Assembly: GCF_035594765.1 (NCBI RefSeq) | Contig: NC_085845.1 | Location: 18,036,024 to 18,100,023 of the forward strand | Origin: Anolis carolinensis | Taxonomy: Eukaryota | DNA: 64,000 nucleotides | Direction of reading: 5' to 3' | Part shown: positions 11,801-24,346 of the stretch, in pieces | Layout of the letters: the number at the start of each line of letters is the position of its first letter | How positions within the stretch are numbered: position 1 is the first letter of the stretch | The notes under the pieces: generated by a model | Seen by the model: the letters and a program-made list of their open reading frames with translations, nothing else | Database searches by the model: none | Told to the model about the DNA's origin: nothing | Position numbers and translations under genes: made by a program

Positions 11801-12539
11801 GAACAACATTAAAATGAGAACACTTTCTACATTTTATTTTCAGACAGACTTTTCTATGATAGAGAGACCATTTTATATTCTTCTAAAAATAAACTAAAAC
11901 CTGCCAACTAGATATTTAACAAGTCATTCAAAATGACTTAAGAATATCTCACTTTACTTATTATCTCACCTAAAAGCATTTTAGGAAACTGTCAGGTTCC
12001 ATGTCATGAGACCTGTAGGTCATTATTGTCCTATAAATATTTATGTTAGTAGCATGCAGTCAGATCATTTCAAATATATTTTAAATACACCATTCAGCAT
12101 CTTATGATCTGTGTATTCTCCTTTCAAAAGGCAGCTGAACACTTCTTCCACCAATCTGGAATTGGAAAGTTGCCCATTCTCCTCTAATCTGATCTCTGCA
12201 CATTAGAATAATGATCTTTAGCCACTTGAAACTTCTCCAAGATGCTAAGACTAAAAAGTTCAAGCTGTTTTTCAACAATGCAGCAGTGTTCCATTCCTTT
12301 CTCAAACAGAGTACAATCCCTTTTCTTTGTCAACTAAAAATGGCATTCTTTTCATCACTAAGTAAGGAGTCAATTACTAAATTCATAGGTGTTCGTTCCC
12401 ATTGCTATACCAACTGCCTAGTCTTGTAGTCTCTCAGTTTAACAATAGTAAATTAAAAAAAACCCACAGATAAATCTAGTCACAGAGGATCTAGCCAAAA
12501 TACCCTGGCATTTATACTGTGAGATCCAGTTTGTGACTA

Positions 12540-12862
12540 CAGTAGAGTCTCACTTATCCAAGCTAAATGGGCAGGTAAAAGCTTAGATAAGCAAATATCT
12601 TGGATAATGAGGAGGGATTAAGGAAAAGCCTATTAAACATCAAATTAGGTTATGATTTTACAAATTAAGCACCAAAACATCATGTTATACAACAAATTTG
12701 ACAGAAAAAGTAGTTCAATACGCAGTCATGTTATGTTGTAATTACTGTATTTACGAATTTAGCACCAAAATATCACGATATATTGAAAACATTGACCACA
12801 AAAATGCATTGGATAATCCAGAGTCTTGGATAAGCGAGGCTTGGATAAGTGAGACTCTGCTG
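12540..12862. mobile_element. Tc1/mariner-pogo MITE (same family, opposite orientation)
   Basis: Same TIRs, TA TSD. Confidence 0.88.
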
Positions 12863-13433
12863 TATTTTGAGAAAGCTCATTGGGGGAGGGGGAGGGCATC
12901 TAGTTGGCCTTTTGTACCTATGGATTCTACAGCCACGGTTTCCACCATCCAGGGCTTGAAAATATTCTCATCCCCCCCCCCCCCTCCAATTCCAAAAAGC
13001 AAACTCAGATATGGCAATTTTATATAACCAAAACCATATTATATTATTGATTATAATGAGACTTGAGCATCCATGGATTTTGGTATCCATTGGAGGGAGG
13101 GGATACTATAAGGATACGTTGTACCATCTGGGGTTGGGGGTGCAGGATTGTAAAAATAGCAAATAAAAACTGCATTTTTTTTTTACATGAAAGACCATCT
13201 GTCTAGGAATCCCTGGATCTTCTACCATGCCAGAAGGTGACATCAGAATAACACTAGAGAACCTACAGATTCCTAGAGAAGTGTTTTCTCTAGTTCTTTC
13301 CGTATGGTAGAAGGTAACCATAGAAGTCACACTGGAGAACACTGGAGATTCCAAAAGAGAACATTTTAATCAAATCTGCAAAAGTCAGACCAACAAAAAT
13401 GGATAAGCAACTATACTCTACATTATGAAACTA

Positions 13434-13895
13434 CAGTAGTCTCGCTTATTCAACCTTCACTTATCCAATGTTCTGTATTATCCAACCCAGTTTGCCTTTT
13501 TGTAGTCAATGTTTTTGTAGTCAATGTTTTTAGTCAAAAGGCCGAGAAGCGATAGTGTAGTTTGTGTTTGTTTAGCAATTTCCCTGGTTTGACTATTTTG
13601 TAAACTCTTGTATGTTATTCACTTAATAGCTGTGAGTCCATGGACCGTAATAAAGTTTAAAGTAAAAAAAAATACATTGCGATGTTTTGGTGCTAAATTC
13701 ATAAATACATTACTGTGTATTGAACTGCTTTTTCTGTCAATTTGTTGTAAAACAACAAATTGGTGCCTAATTTGTAAAATCATAATGTAATTTGACATTT
13801 AATAGGCTTTTCCTTAATCCCTCCTTATTATCCAACATTTTCGCTTATCCAACGTTCTGCTGGCCCATTTATGTTGGATAAGTGAGACTCTACTG
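13434..13895. mobile_element. Tc1/mariner-pogo MITE interrupted by a ~140-bp insertion
   Basis: Same family; extra sequence at 13531-13671 relative to the other copies. Confidence 0.8.
13531..13553 (-). pseudogene. U2 snRNA 5'-end fragment
   Basis: Minus strand reads ATCGCTTCTCGGCCTTTTG(A)CTA = U2 nt 1-23 with one mismatch. Confidence 0.8.
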
Positions 13896-15039
13896 TATTG
13901 GTATTGAAAGAATCCCTGAGGAATTGAATGGGTCAAAGTACTTTTAAAGGAGGCTTCCAGAGGAATTTTCAGATTATATAGAGACAGCATGGTATAGTGA
14001 TTTGAGCATTGGATGGGGACTGTCCACAGCAACCCAACCTTCACATTCTCTCAGGCTCAGAGAAAAGCAGTGCTCCCCCTCCCCAAACAAATATAGCCAA
14101 GAAAACCCTGTGGTTGTCCATCACAAGCTGGAACTGAACTGATTTGAAAGCACACAACAGTAACATGTTTTTTAAAGAAATCATCAGTATATATGGAGCA
14201 CCACAGAAACCCCAAATACACTAAACAGATGTATGCATTAAGAAGCTTACAATCTAATGTTTCATGAAAGCAGGAAACAATTGCTGTTGAAACAACTTAT
14301 GCTTGTGCAGGTGAGGAGAAAAACAGAAGCAAACTCTGTCCTGCAACTTATGTTGATCAGATTAGGTTCCCTACATTTCTTCATGCAGCTGGAAATCCCA
14401 GTTAGTGAATGGGTCCTAACTGCATGTAAAAAGCGTTGTGTATGTATGCAAAACAGCGAACATGGTCAAGTGCTGAAATCCTCCTCTCTCCTTACCATGA
14501 ACTATACATACTACGAGCCATACAGACAGCTTTAAAGAAGGGAAATAAATGCATACAGTTTATATGAGTACAAACTAGTGCAGTTACAAAAACACAGTCC
14601 TCCTTTGCTGCAGTGTCTATATCCATTACTTATGCACTGGTATGTACAAAAGACAGAGGAGAGGAATATAGCATGGCAGAAGCACAGAACAATCCCAATG
14701 TCTCTAGGCAGAGAATCAGATCTTCTGCCTCTCTAGCTCTATACTGCTGCTTGATATCCACCTCATTAGAACAGATATTTATATTAGCTCTGGCGTGGAC
14801 TGGTCCATGCAGTCACGAAGAGTCGGAGAAGACTAAACAACTGAGCAGCAGCAGCATACCAAAGAATAGCAAGTGTGTGCACAAGTGTCACCATCAAATG
14901 ACATTTGCTCACATCCTGAACTTGGCATGTAGAACAGCTGCCAAAGAAGTTGAACATTATGTTATTTAATAAATCTTTAACTCTCAGCACAAACCTCACA
15001 AGGCAATTTACAAAACAAAACCATTGACCGGGAACATGC

Positions 15040-15170
15040 ATAGAATCATAGAATAGTAGAGTTGGAAGAGACCTCATGGGCCATCCAGTCCAACCCCCTG
15101 CCAAGAAGCAGGAAATCGCATTCAAAGCACCCCCGACAGATGGCCATCCAGCCTCTGTTTAAAAACCTCC
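15040..15170 (-). mobile_element. CR1 LINE 3' end (further CR1 piece at ~50050-50362, plus strand)
   Basis: (ATAGAATC)n, the reverse of the CR1 ATTCTATG tail, plus GTTGGAAGAGACC. Confidence 0.75.
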
Positions 15171-16716
15171 AAAACCTGCAAAATAAAAACAGTGATTATT
15201 ATAATCATATACAGATGGCTGCAAAAAATATCAATAGTCTGTTGTGGGACTGATTCAGAGAATGACAAAACAGGCAGCCAAGTGTTTCTAAGGGGAAGCA
15301 AATTCCACATATGAGGAGCCACAACTGAAAGTCTGTTTCAGGTACGGATCAATTCTAATAGAAGGTCAAAAAGGCTAGGCCAATCTCAAAGCCCAACTCA
15401 CAGGAATGTAACTAATTAAAAAAATTATTAACTTACATTTTCAACCACAGCACCATAACAAAAGTAACAACATTCCTTTCCCCCAATTATCCCTCTCTCT
15501 CAACTATCAATTCTACAAATTACAAAAGAATGGTGTAAAATTAGCTCTTGACCAGACCTCCCAGCATCATACAAATTATAAGATTGTAGTATAGTAGCAG
15601 AGTCCATAAAACACTCAGAATGATCCAAATGAATGACTGTAGGCTATTTTCCAAATACCTTGGCTCCAAAATGTTCATGGCCTTAAAAGGGAACACATGG
15701 GGACCTCAAGCAATGGACACAAAACTGGTGGAACATGGGATATCAGCAACTGCATTTTGGCCAGCAATCTGACATAGAAATGGGATTTTTGAAGGAAAAA
15801 AAGGCTTTTACTTAGCCACATGATATTTCACTGCAGCTTGAAGTCAGAACTATTTGTGTTGAAACTGATGGTACTGACATTATGTATTCACACTTGGATG
15901 CCTTTGCCGAGCTGTGAGAATGTTTGTTTTAAGCACCAATGCCCTCTGCATATAATTTATCCAAGCAGCATTTTTAAAATTCCTGTTTAGTGTTCAGAGA
16001 GTGAACACCACAGCGCAAATCCAGACAGTGAATACAAAAGCATCATGAATCCTAAATAAGTTGTCCCTGAGAAGCTTAAATGCCACCAGCCCTTTCTCAT
16101 GGAAAAAGAATGCCTAGCTTTTCGTCATGGTTTTAGATGCAACTAACTGTAAATAACTCTTCACTGCAACTAGAAAAGAGGAAAGAATTGAATTGTACAG
16201 GAAAAAACTTTGGACATCACTACAAACTATTAGTAGGAAATCAAATAATATTATAAATGTGAACTCAGAGCAGTTGTTACCCCCTCCTCCCTTTAACAAA
16301 ATATTCCACATTAATCCCACTCTCCCATGAAGACATCTGCCCTTCGGTTTAATACCCTCCCTCCATTTCTGCTTCATTCCATAAAATATAAACTCTGGCT
16401 CAGTCATGGGCAAACTTTGGCCCTCCAAGTGTTTTGGACCTCAACTCACACAATTCCAAACTCTACTGGCTGTTAGGAATTGTGGAAGTTGAAGTCCAAA
16501 ACACCTGGAGGGGCGAAGTTTGCCCATGCCTGATTTGGCTCATTTCATATAGCATCTTGTTTTGTTTTGCTTTCTTTCTCAGACCCATAGCTTCCATTTG
16601 GCCCTCCTCTTGTCTCCTGAACTATTTCATTCTGAAGAATAAACAACAAAAAGATTAACCTGCAGGGAGAATAAGGAAGACCCAAGAGGGGCAAAACCCT
16701 AACTTCTTCCTTGCAA

Positions 16717-17011
16717 TCTACCGACAAAACAACAAAACTAAACACACCACAACCTTGAAAATTGACAGCACAACCCCTCATTCATGCCTCTAGGTTGATA
16801 CAACAAAAAGAAAAGAAAAATAAAGTCCTAATTAGAGGGAGAGGAATAATTGCTTTTATCCAATTGCTGCCAGTTAGAAGGCTAAGCTCTGCCCACTTGG
16901 TCTCCTAGCAACTCACTCAGCCCAGGGCTCACTTAGGCCTCTTCCACACTGCCTACAAAATACAGACACCACCAGACAACGCCACAGCAACGTGTGGCCG
17001 GGCACAGCTAG
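16717..17011 (+). mobile_element. Non-autonomous Helitron
   Basis: A|TC 5' end; GC hairpin then CTAG|T 3' end; shares its core with 34543-34768. Confidence 0.7.
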
Positions 17012-17269
17012 TTATTTTATATAGCATCATTCATCATTTTATACATTTAATTGCACCTTAATTTAGTTCTTTATTATGAAAATGGGTATGATGAGGTTTA
17101 TGTGTTTTCAATTATTCTTTGGTTGTCACTTAAGTTTTTAAGTTTATATTGATGCTATTTATTTGTTGTTTTGATCTGTTTTGTTGCTCACTTTGGCACT
17201 GAATATTTGCCAGTTTTTTCTGGAAACCGCCTTAAGTCCCTCTGGGAAAATAGGGCAGTTTACAAATAA

Positions 17270-17313
<44 letters not shown>

Positions 17314-17847
17314 GGAACATATATAAAGGTGAGCTATGTGTTGATATAAGTTTTCCAGGCTGTATGGCCATGTTCCAGAAGCATTCTCTTCTGACGTTTC
17401 TCCCACATCTATGGCAGTTACAGAGGTTGTGAGGATGCCTGCTATAGATGTGGGTGAAACGTCAGGAGAGAATGCTTCTGGAACATGGCCATACAGCCCG
17501 GAAAACTCACAGCAACAGAGTGATTCCAGCCATGAAAGCCTTTGACAACACAAGGTGAGCCTTGCATCTCTAATTTGCCTGGTGAGGTGAAACAGTTCAA
17601 AGTAAGCCTTGAAGCAGTTCAAAGTAAGGCATTATTATTATTATTATTATTTATATTTATTCCCCTGCTTTATCTCTCCTGCAGGAGACTCAAATTGGCT
17701 TAAGATAAAAGCATCAGAATACAATTTAAAACATACAAATATATAAACATCAGAACAGGATTAAATATAAACAGTATTTTAAAAAATCCCATTAAAATAC
17801 TCCCAGACAGTGATGCCAAAGATGGGAGTTACTGTCCAATGTCATCA

Positions 17848-18400
17848 GGACCTGCAGTGGCACAATGGGTTAAACCCTTGTGCCAACTGGACTGCTAACC
17901 TGAAGGTTGAGTTGCTTTTTTTCGTGTCAGAAGTGACTTGAGAAACTGCAAGTCACTTTTCGTGTGAGAGAATTGGCTATCTGCAAGGACATTACCCAGG
18001 GAATGCCTGGATGTTTTTATGTTTTTACCATCCTTGTGGGAGGCCTATCTCATGTCCTCGCATGAAGCTGGAGATGATAGAGGGAGCTCATCCACACTCT
18101 CCTCGAGTTGGATTCGAACCAGCAACCTTCAGGTCAGCAACCCAACCTTCAAGTCATCAGTCCTGCCAGCAGAAGGGTTTAACCCACTGCACCACCTAGG
18201 TCTCCAGTTGGGCTGCTGACCTGAAGGTTGCCGGTTCGAATCCACAAGACAGGGTGAGCTCCCGCATGTCAGCTTTAGCTTGTAGGGACACAAGAAAAGC
18301 CTCCCAGCAGGATGGTAACACGTCCGGGTGTCCCCTGGGCAACGTCTCTGTAGATGGCCAATTCTCTCACACCAGAGACGACTTGCAGTATGTTCTCAAC
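17848..18400. mobile_element. Cluster of nested second-family tRNA-derived SINEs (another copy at ~53620-53885)
   Basis: GGTTCGAATCC B-boxes on both strands; 17920-18200 is homologous to 53620-53885. Confidence 0.7.
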
Positions 18401-19097
18401 ACGATAATAATAAACCAGGGGCACAAAGGCTGGAAAGGGCTTTCACCCTTCATAAGAACCAGTAATCCTGTTTTATAACATTTTCATTTAGGCAGGCTTT
18501 TAACAACAACAACAACAACAACTACAACTACAACAACCACAACGGCAATGACGACAACAAATCGTATGCCCCGAGTCCCTTCGGGGAGATGGAGGGATAT
18601 AAAAATAAAATAATAATTATTATTATATCTCTCTTCAAGGCTTAAACTGCAATCATGAAGACATACTGTGTATAACCTTTTTATTGAAACTCTTCTTTCA
18701 ATATGTTTTAACCCAACGGGTCTTTAATCATGGTATTTAATGCCTTTTTGTGAATTAATGTTTTTTAGCTGCATATTGTTAATTGCCATTATTAGTCAAA
18801 TGCCATTTTTGGAAAGGATACAAAGTAACGAAAATAAAGACATACTCTTCCCCATAACACCAACCCAAATTAAATGGCTATGCTTTGGAAAGCTGTACTG
18901 AAGATGAGGAACATCAATCCTAATATGTGGGGAAATGTGTACAGGATACATACAGCGCGCGATAGTGTCAAATGGCAGAGACTCTGAGCATGTACAGAGT
19001 GCTTTCCCGCCTTTCTCTCACACACAGAAAAGCCCCAGAGCTCTGAGGTGACAGGAAACTGAAGCTTTCCGAATAAAACATGCTTTGGCAATCTTAC

Positions 19098-19520
19098 CCA
19101 GCCCCGCCTTTCCTTCTCATCACCAGCCGTTACTTCCCCTGCATCCGCCGAGCCGCGACTGCCGAGGAGCTGCTGATAAACGCTCAGAGCGCGAGCAACC
19201 TCGCCGCGCAGGCGCACTCGCGTTAAATAGAACGCGTTCGGATAATTTCCGAACTTCAGCTCCCAGAATGCCACACCGTTGGCTACACTGGCGGAGCTTT
19301 CTGGGAGTTGAAGTACAAAACCGAATGGAAGCTGGAAAGCGTGAGAAAAATTGAGGCGATGCGAAGGAAAGGGGAGGGGGTTTAAAAGGCCGCTAAACGA
19401 ATGAACTGCGCATGCGTATTTTCGAGCGTTTCTGAGAGGCGACTGTAACAAAGCGCATGCGCAGTTTGAAAGTGGAAGTGGACTGCGGGCAGAGCATCTC
19501 GGGAACTGTAGTTTATTGCC
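19098..19520 (-). promoter_or_regulatory. CpG-island promoter and probable non-coding exon 1 of KLHL8
   Basis: Only non-repeat CpG-rich stretch upstream of KLHL8; NRF1 sites (19407-19416, 19453-19463); ZNF143/SBS-type AAACTACAGTTCCC (19501-19514, minus); candidate donors TGG|GTAAGA (exon end 19098) and GAA|GTAACG (19134). Confidence 0.75.
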
Positions 19521-19717
19521 TCCTTAGCCAAGGAAGCCACAGTAGTGCATTTGGGTGCAACTTGTCAGTATCAAGGATGATGGTAAGGCATGAGCTGGAG
19601 ATGGCGGTGAGAATAAGATACATGCTTCTTTCCTCTCCAATGGATGTGTAGAAATAATACTAAATGATTGAAGTTGTATTTTTCTTATTAGGAATAATAT
19701 ATTATTACACACCAGTA

Positions 19718-20185
19718 TTATGGAATCCTGGGATATGTAGTTTTACAAGGTTTTTTGCCTTCTCTTCCAAAGGGAGCTGGTGCCTCACCAAACTACAAAT
19801 CTCAGGATTCCATAGCATCGAGGCATGGCTGTTCAAGTGGAGTCAAACTGCATTAATTCTACAGTGTAGATGCACCCTCAATCGTGGGAGATGTAGTTTT
19901 ACAAGGTTTTTTCTCTTTCTCCTCCAGAGGGAGCTAGTGCTTCACCAAACTACAAATCCCAGGATTCCATAGCATCGAGGCATGGCTGTTCAAGTGGAGT
20001 CAAACTGCATTAATTCTACCGTGTAGATGCACCCTCAATCCTGGGAGATGTAGCTTTACAAATTTCTTTCTCTTTCTCTTCCAAAGGGAGTTGGTGCCTC
20101 ACCAAACTACAAATCCCAGGATTCCATAGTATTGAGCCATGGCTGTTAAAGTGGAGTCAAACTGCATTAATTCTGCAGTGTATAC
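19718..20185. repeat. Three tandem ~158-bp units of a palindromic MITE (dispersed copies at ~9290, 22975, 36800, 41405, 55135)
   Basis: Units begin ~19718, 19879, 20037; each has GGGAnnTGTAG...ACTACAAATC(C/T)CAGG...TGCATTAATTC. Confidence 0.85.
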
Positions 20186-20800
20186 CAGGCATGGGCAAAC
20201 TGAGGCCCTCCAGGTGTTTTGGACTTCAACTCCCGCAATTCCCAACAACCCATGCACCCTCAATTTCTTTGCCAGTGCTGTTGGGTAGTAAACTTTTTCC
20301 AAGTTTTTGTGATACACCCAATTAGAATTGACCTTTATAACCCAGGAGCAAAAATTGTGTTACGTGGTGTAATTATATCCTTGTATTTATTACTAAATGG
20401 AATAACAACTCCTCCGTGCCTTAAGAGTGTTCTCACATACTCCACTGTTTCCCCAGGCGCTTATAACTTCTGGCAGCTATTTTTATTGGAACTGTTCTTT
20501 CCAGGAATCATCCACAGTTTTCTGCAAGTGATGCATTAACTGTAATTTGAAGCTCCTTTTGATGGAAAACTCCCAGTTTTCTCTGTTTCTTCTGAGTGAA
20601 AGTCATATGTTTACTTGGAATTTGAGGTCTTAATAGAGTTCTTGTTGTGTGTTTTTACTATTCCAAAAAGGAGCCCCCGATGGCTCAATGGGTTACACCA
20701 AGCATGGGCAAATTTTCTTGCCTTGTGGCCGTATTGTGGGCCCGGCTGGGAGAGGATGGGGCCAGGAGGGGGGAGGGGTCATTCTCAGGTTGTTCTCCTT

Positions 20801-21272
20801 GCATAAGGACGGGGCTGCTCACCCCATCCTTATGCCGGGAAGAAAATGAGACATGTTTGCGACTTCCCCAATCCTCCTTCCCAATATTCCTCCCTCTATA
20901 TTTTGCAATCCATTCGGCATCATGCCGAGAAGAGAGTGAGGCTGGTGACGTCCGAGAGCACCCCGGAGGGCTCTCGACCAGTGCATGTCCTCCTGAAGCC
21001 ATTTCCTCAGCATAAAGACAGAGCTGCTCATCCCATCTTTATGCCGGGAAGAAAATGAGACATGTTTGCGACTGCCCCGATCCTCCTTCCCAATATTCCT
21101 CCCTCTATATTTGGGCAATCCTTTTGGCATCATGCCAGAAGGAGAGTGAGGCTGACGACGTCCGAGAGCACCCCAGAGGGCTCTCAACCAGTGCATGCCC
21201 TCCTGAAGCCATTTCCTCAGCATAAAGACAGAGCTGCTCACACCATCCTTATGCCGGGAAGAGGACAAGACA
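20801..21272. repeat. ~209-bp tandem duplication (2.3 copies), probably inside a hAT remnant
   Basis: GCATAA(G/A)GAC...GCTGCTCA...ATGCCGGGAAGA recurs at 20801, 21010, 21220. Confidence 0.85.
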
Positions 21273-21445
21273 TGTGGTGGCTGAGATTACTCCAGAGGGT
21301 TCTCAGCTGCTGTATGCCTTCCTCCCCCATCCTTTCTGCATAAGGTCTCAATAGTCAAGACGAGTTTTGAGCTAACGTCCACAGATGACTTTTAGGCAGT
21401 TTCACAAACACCCAAGCATATTTGCATTGGGGTATATCAGTTATT

Positions 21446-21782
21446 GGGCCCCTGGTGGTGGCGCAGTGTGTTAAAGGGCTGAGCTGCTGAACTTGCAGAC
21501 CAAAAGGTCCCAGGTTCAAATCCCGGGAGCGGAATGAGCGCCCGCTGTTAGCCCCAGCTCCTGCCAACCTAGTAGTTCAAAAACATGCCAATGTGAGTAG
21601 ATCAACAGGTACCACTCCGGCGGGAAGGTAACGGCGCTCCATGCAGTCATGCCGGCCACATGACCTTGGAGGTGTCTACGGACAACGCCGGCTCTTCAGC
21701 TTAGAAATGGAGATGAGCATCAACCCCTAGAGTCGGTCACGACTGGACTTAACATCAGGGGAAAACCTTTTTACCTTACCTA
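21446..21782 (+). mobile_element. Sauria-type SINE
   Basis: Full-length copy with B-box GGTTCAAATCCC and ACCTT tail. Confidence 0.9.
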
Positions 21783-24026
21783 ACATATTAGTTATTTGGA
21801 GTGCTGTCTCCGCTGACATCCTCTCTAACCATTAATAATAAAGCCTCTGATTTTGCCTTCAATCCGTCTGTGTCTTATCTGATTCTCTGGAAACTTGTCA
21901 CTGGGCCCCGAACCCACAGTTTCAGTGGAGCTGAAATCCCATAACAGTATGATTTTGAAAAGAACAATAGCTTCAGTTAACATCAAAGGGTTATTCTAAG
22001 AAGTTCTAGTTTATTGTAGATCTGTAGATCATTTCTGATAGTTGGTAACCCTATGATGATCGTGTCCAGGATTTTCTTGTCAAAAATGTGTTCAGAAGAG
22101 GTTTGTCATTGCCTTCCTCTGAGGTTGAGAGAGTGTGACTGACTCAGGTTCATCTATAGTTGAGTGACGATTTGACACTCAGATCACTCAAATCACACTG
22201 GAACAATCCACATTTCTGTTTGAATAGCTTCTTGTTCCAGGCTAAACACAGATGGCATGCATCTCAACCTTTTCTATTGTCTCTCTCTGTTTATTATGAC
22301 ATAGCTTTGCCTTTATCTATTTAATTCACAGAAGAATAGAAACTGATGTAAGAAGAAATGTGTTGGAAACATTAAGTCTATCCATCACAGTGCAATGCCC
22401 ACAAGTGTGCTTAGAGACTGTGAAAAATTGAATAGACCCTGATCATCTTCCTGAAGTGGAGCATACAGGAAAAGCTTGATTTTCTAAAGTAACTCCTCTC
22501 TTTTTTTTTTTATTATTTTGCCTTAGTGCTGGTGTTGGGACAAATCTGCTCTGCAGTGTACATGAAATTAAATGTTATTATTCTGACTGTTTGCAACCCC
22601 ATTTGTCAATCATACTCCTTTCCCCATCCCAGATTTAATTTCAGAAATCTCCCCACGTTGAAAGAGATATTCTCATTTGTTTGCTTCAAAACATTTGGTC
22701 TGTCCTAAAACCTAGACTTCTTCCCATATGGTTAGAATGATTTAAATTCCCTTTGCCTTCCAGACTGAACAGAATGCACAGCTATTGATCTAGCTCATAA
22801 ACATACTTTTGTATGTGACATCTGCTATGGCTTGGAAAGCCTTATACAGTCTGTTCAAAGAATAATGTTGCATTTTTGCATCTAAATTCTTTCCCCTTGT
22901 CAAAACAGTGAAGCACAAAGACAGCAAGTCCTTGCCTTGTAAGGTTTCTTTAAGGGATTTTCAGCACTCTACAATTAATGCAGTATAACAACATTTTAAC
23001 AGCCATGGCTCAATGCTATAGACTCCTGGGAAACGTAGGCTGGTGTGCCAGCAGCACTCTTTAGCAAAGAAGGCTCAAGGCCTTGCAGAATTACAACTTC
23101 CATGATTCCATGGCACTGAGCCCTGGCAGCTAAAGTGGTGTCAAGCTGCATTAAGTCTGCAGTGTAGATGCACCTCTGATCAGTTTGTCATGACCCTTTA
23201 AGGTGATAGCCGCAACTTCTGAGATGAAATCAGTGCAGATGTTGGACAATTGATGAGGATCCACAAAACCGAGCGTTATTTTTTGATCTAATATGGTTCT
23301 AAGCCATAGTGTTCTTGCTTTTGTAATAAAATATGAAGTATCAGGGGTATCCCATTTTGGCAATGTCCAGCACTGAAGTTTCTTTATTAACTGGAAACAT
23401 TTTCTTCAGAATCACAGCTGCATATACTAAAGTCGTTTTGAGGATAGTTTTGTCTTTGAATGTGGCTTGTTTGAATTAAATACCAGTGCCTTTAACGTGT
23501 GCAGCATTGCAATGAACTCACCCAGCGTAAACAACCTATTTGATACTGAGTTTGGCTGACAGTGTGAAAATCCTCATATGCACTCTGCTGGGGAAAAAAT
23601 GTATTTCTTGTGTATGTCCTTTCTCTGCCTTATTTGTATGAAACTGGCATGGAAACAGAAACTTTATTAATCTTTATTTTTTGTTTTTCTTGCATAGCAT
23701 TTTCCCTCCTTTCCATGTGTTAATTGAATGCTTACACTTCCCTACTCCAGCCTATCTATGTCTAGGAATGCTGGAAGTTGTAGTCCAACAACATCTGGAA
23801 GGATTTATTGCCTACTCCATTGTATAGGATTGTGGAAGGCCCAAGTGTTTTCCTGCATCACAACACTGTTATTTTAGTACTTTCCCCCTTGCCCCTTTCT
23901 TTTTAAATGTTTTATGCTCAGAAAATCATTTCCAAAGCTGCATTTTCAGATGTCAAACTCTTTATTTAAAAAAGAGATGTATAATTGGAAACTGTACATA
24001 AAACCCAGAAACAAAGAAAAATAGTA

Positions 24027-24346
24027 CAGTAGAGTCTCACTTATCCAACATTCGCTTATCCAACATTCTGGATTATCCAACTTTTTTGTAGTCAATGTTT
24101 TCAATAAATCATAATATTTTGGTGCTAAATTCGTAAATACAGTAATTACTACATAGCATTACTGCATATTGAACTACCTTTTCTGTCAAATTTGTTGTAT
24201 AACATGATGTATTGGTGCTTAATTGTAAAATCATAACCTAATTTGATGTTTAATAGGCTTCTCCTTAATCTCTCCTTATTATCCAAAATATTCGCTTATC
24301 CAATGTTCTGCCGGCCCGTTTATGTTGGATAAGTGAGACTCTACTG
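24027..24346. mobile_element. Tc1/mariner-pogo MITE (same family)
   Basis: Same TIRs, TA TSD. Confidence 0.88.

Noticed and set aside
13531-13561. Functional U2 snRNA gene
   Set aside because: Only ~20 nt of the 5' end, inverted, with no Sm site or snRNA promoter context.
18870-19451. 193-aa minus-strand ORF over the CpG island
   Set aside because: No recognisable domain; typical chance ORF in a GC-rich promoter. KLHL8 coding starts at 7696.
20647-21343. ORFs with internal peptide repeats
   Set aside because: Explained by the 209-bp tandem duplication.
21446-21530. tRNA gene (A/B boxes)
   Set aside because: It is the tRNA-derived head of a SINE, continuous with the SINE body; no full cloverleaf.
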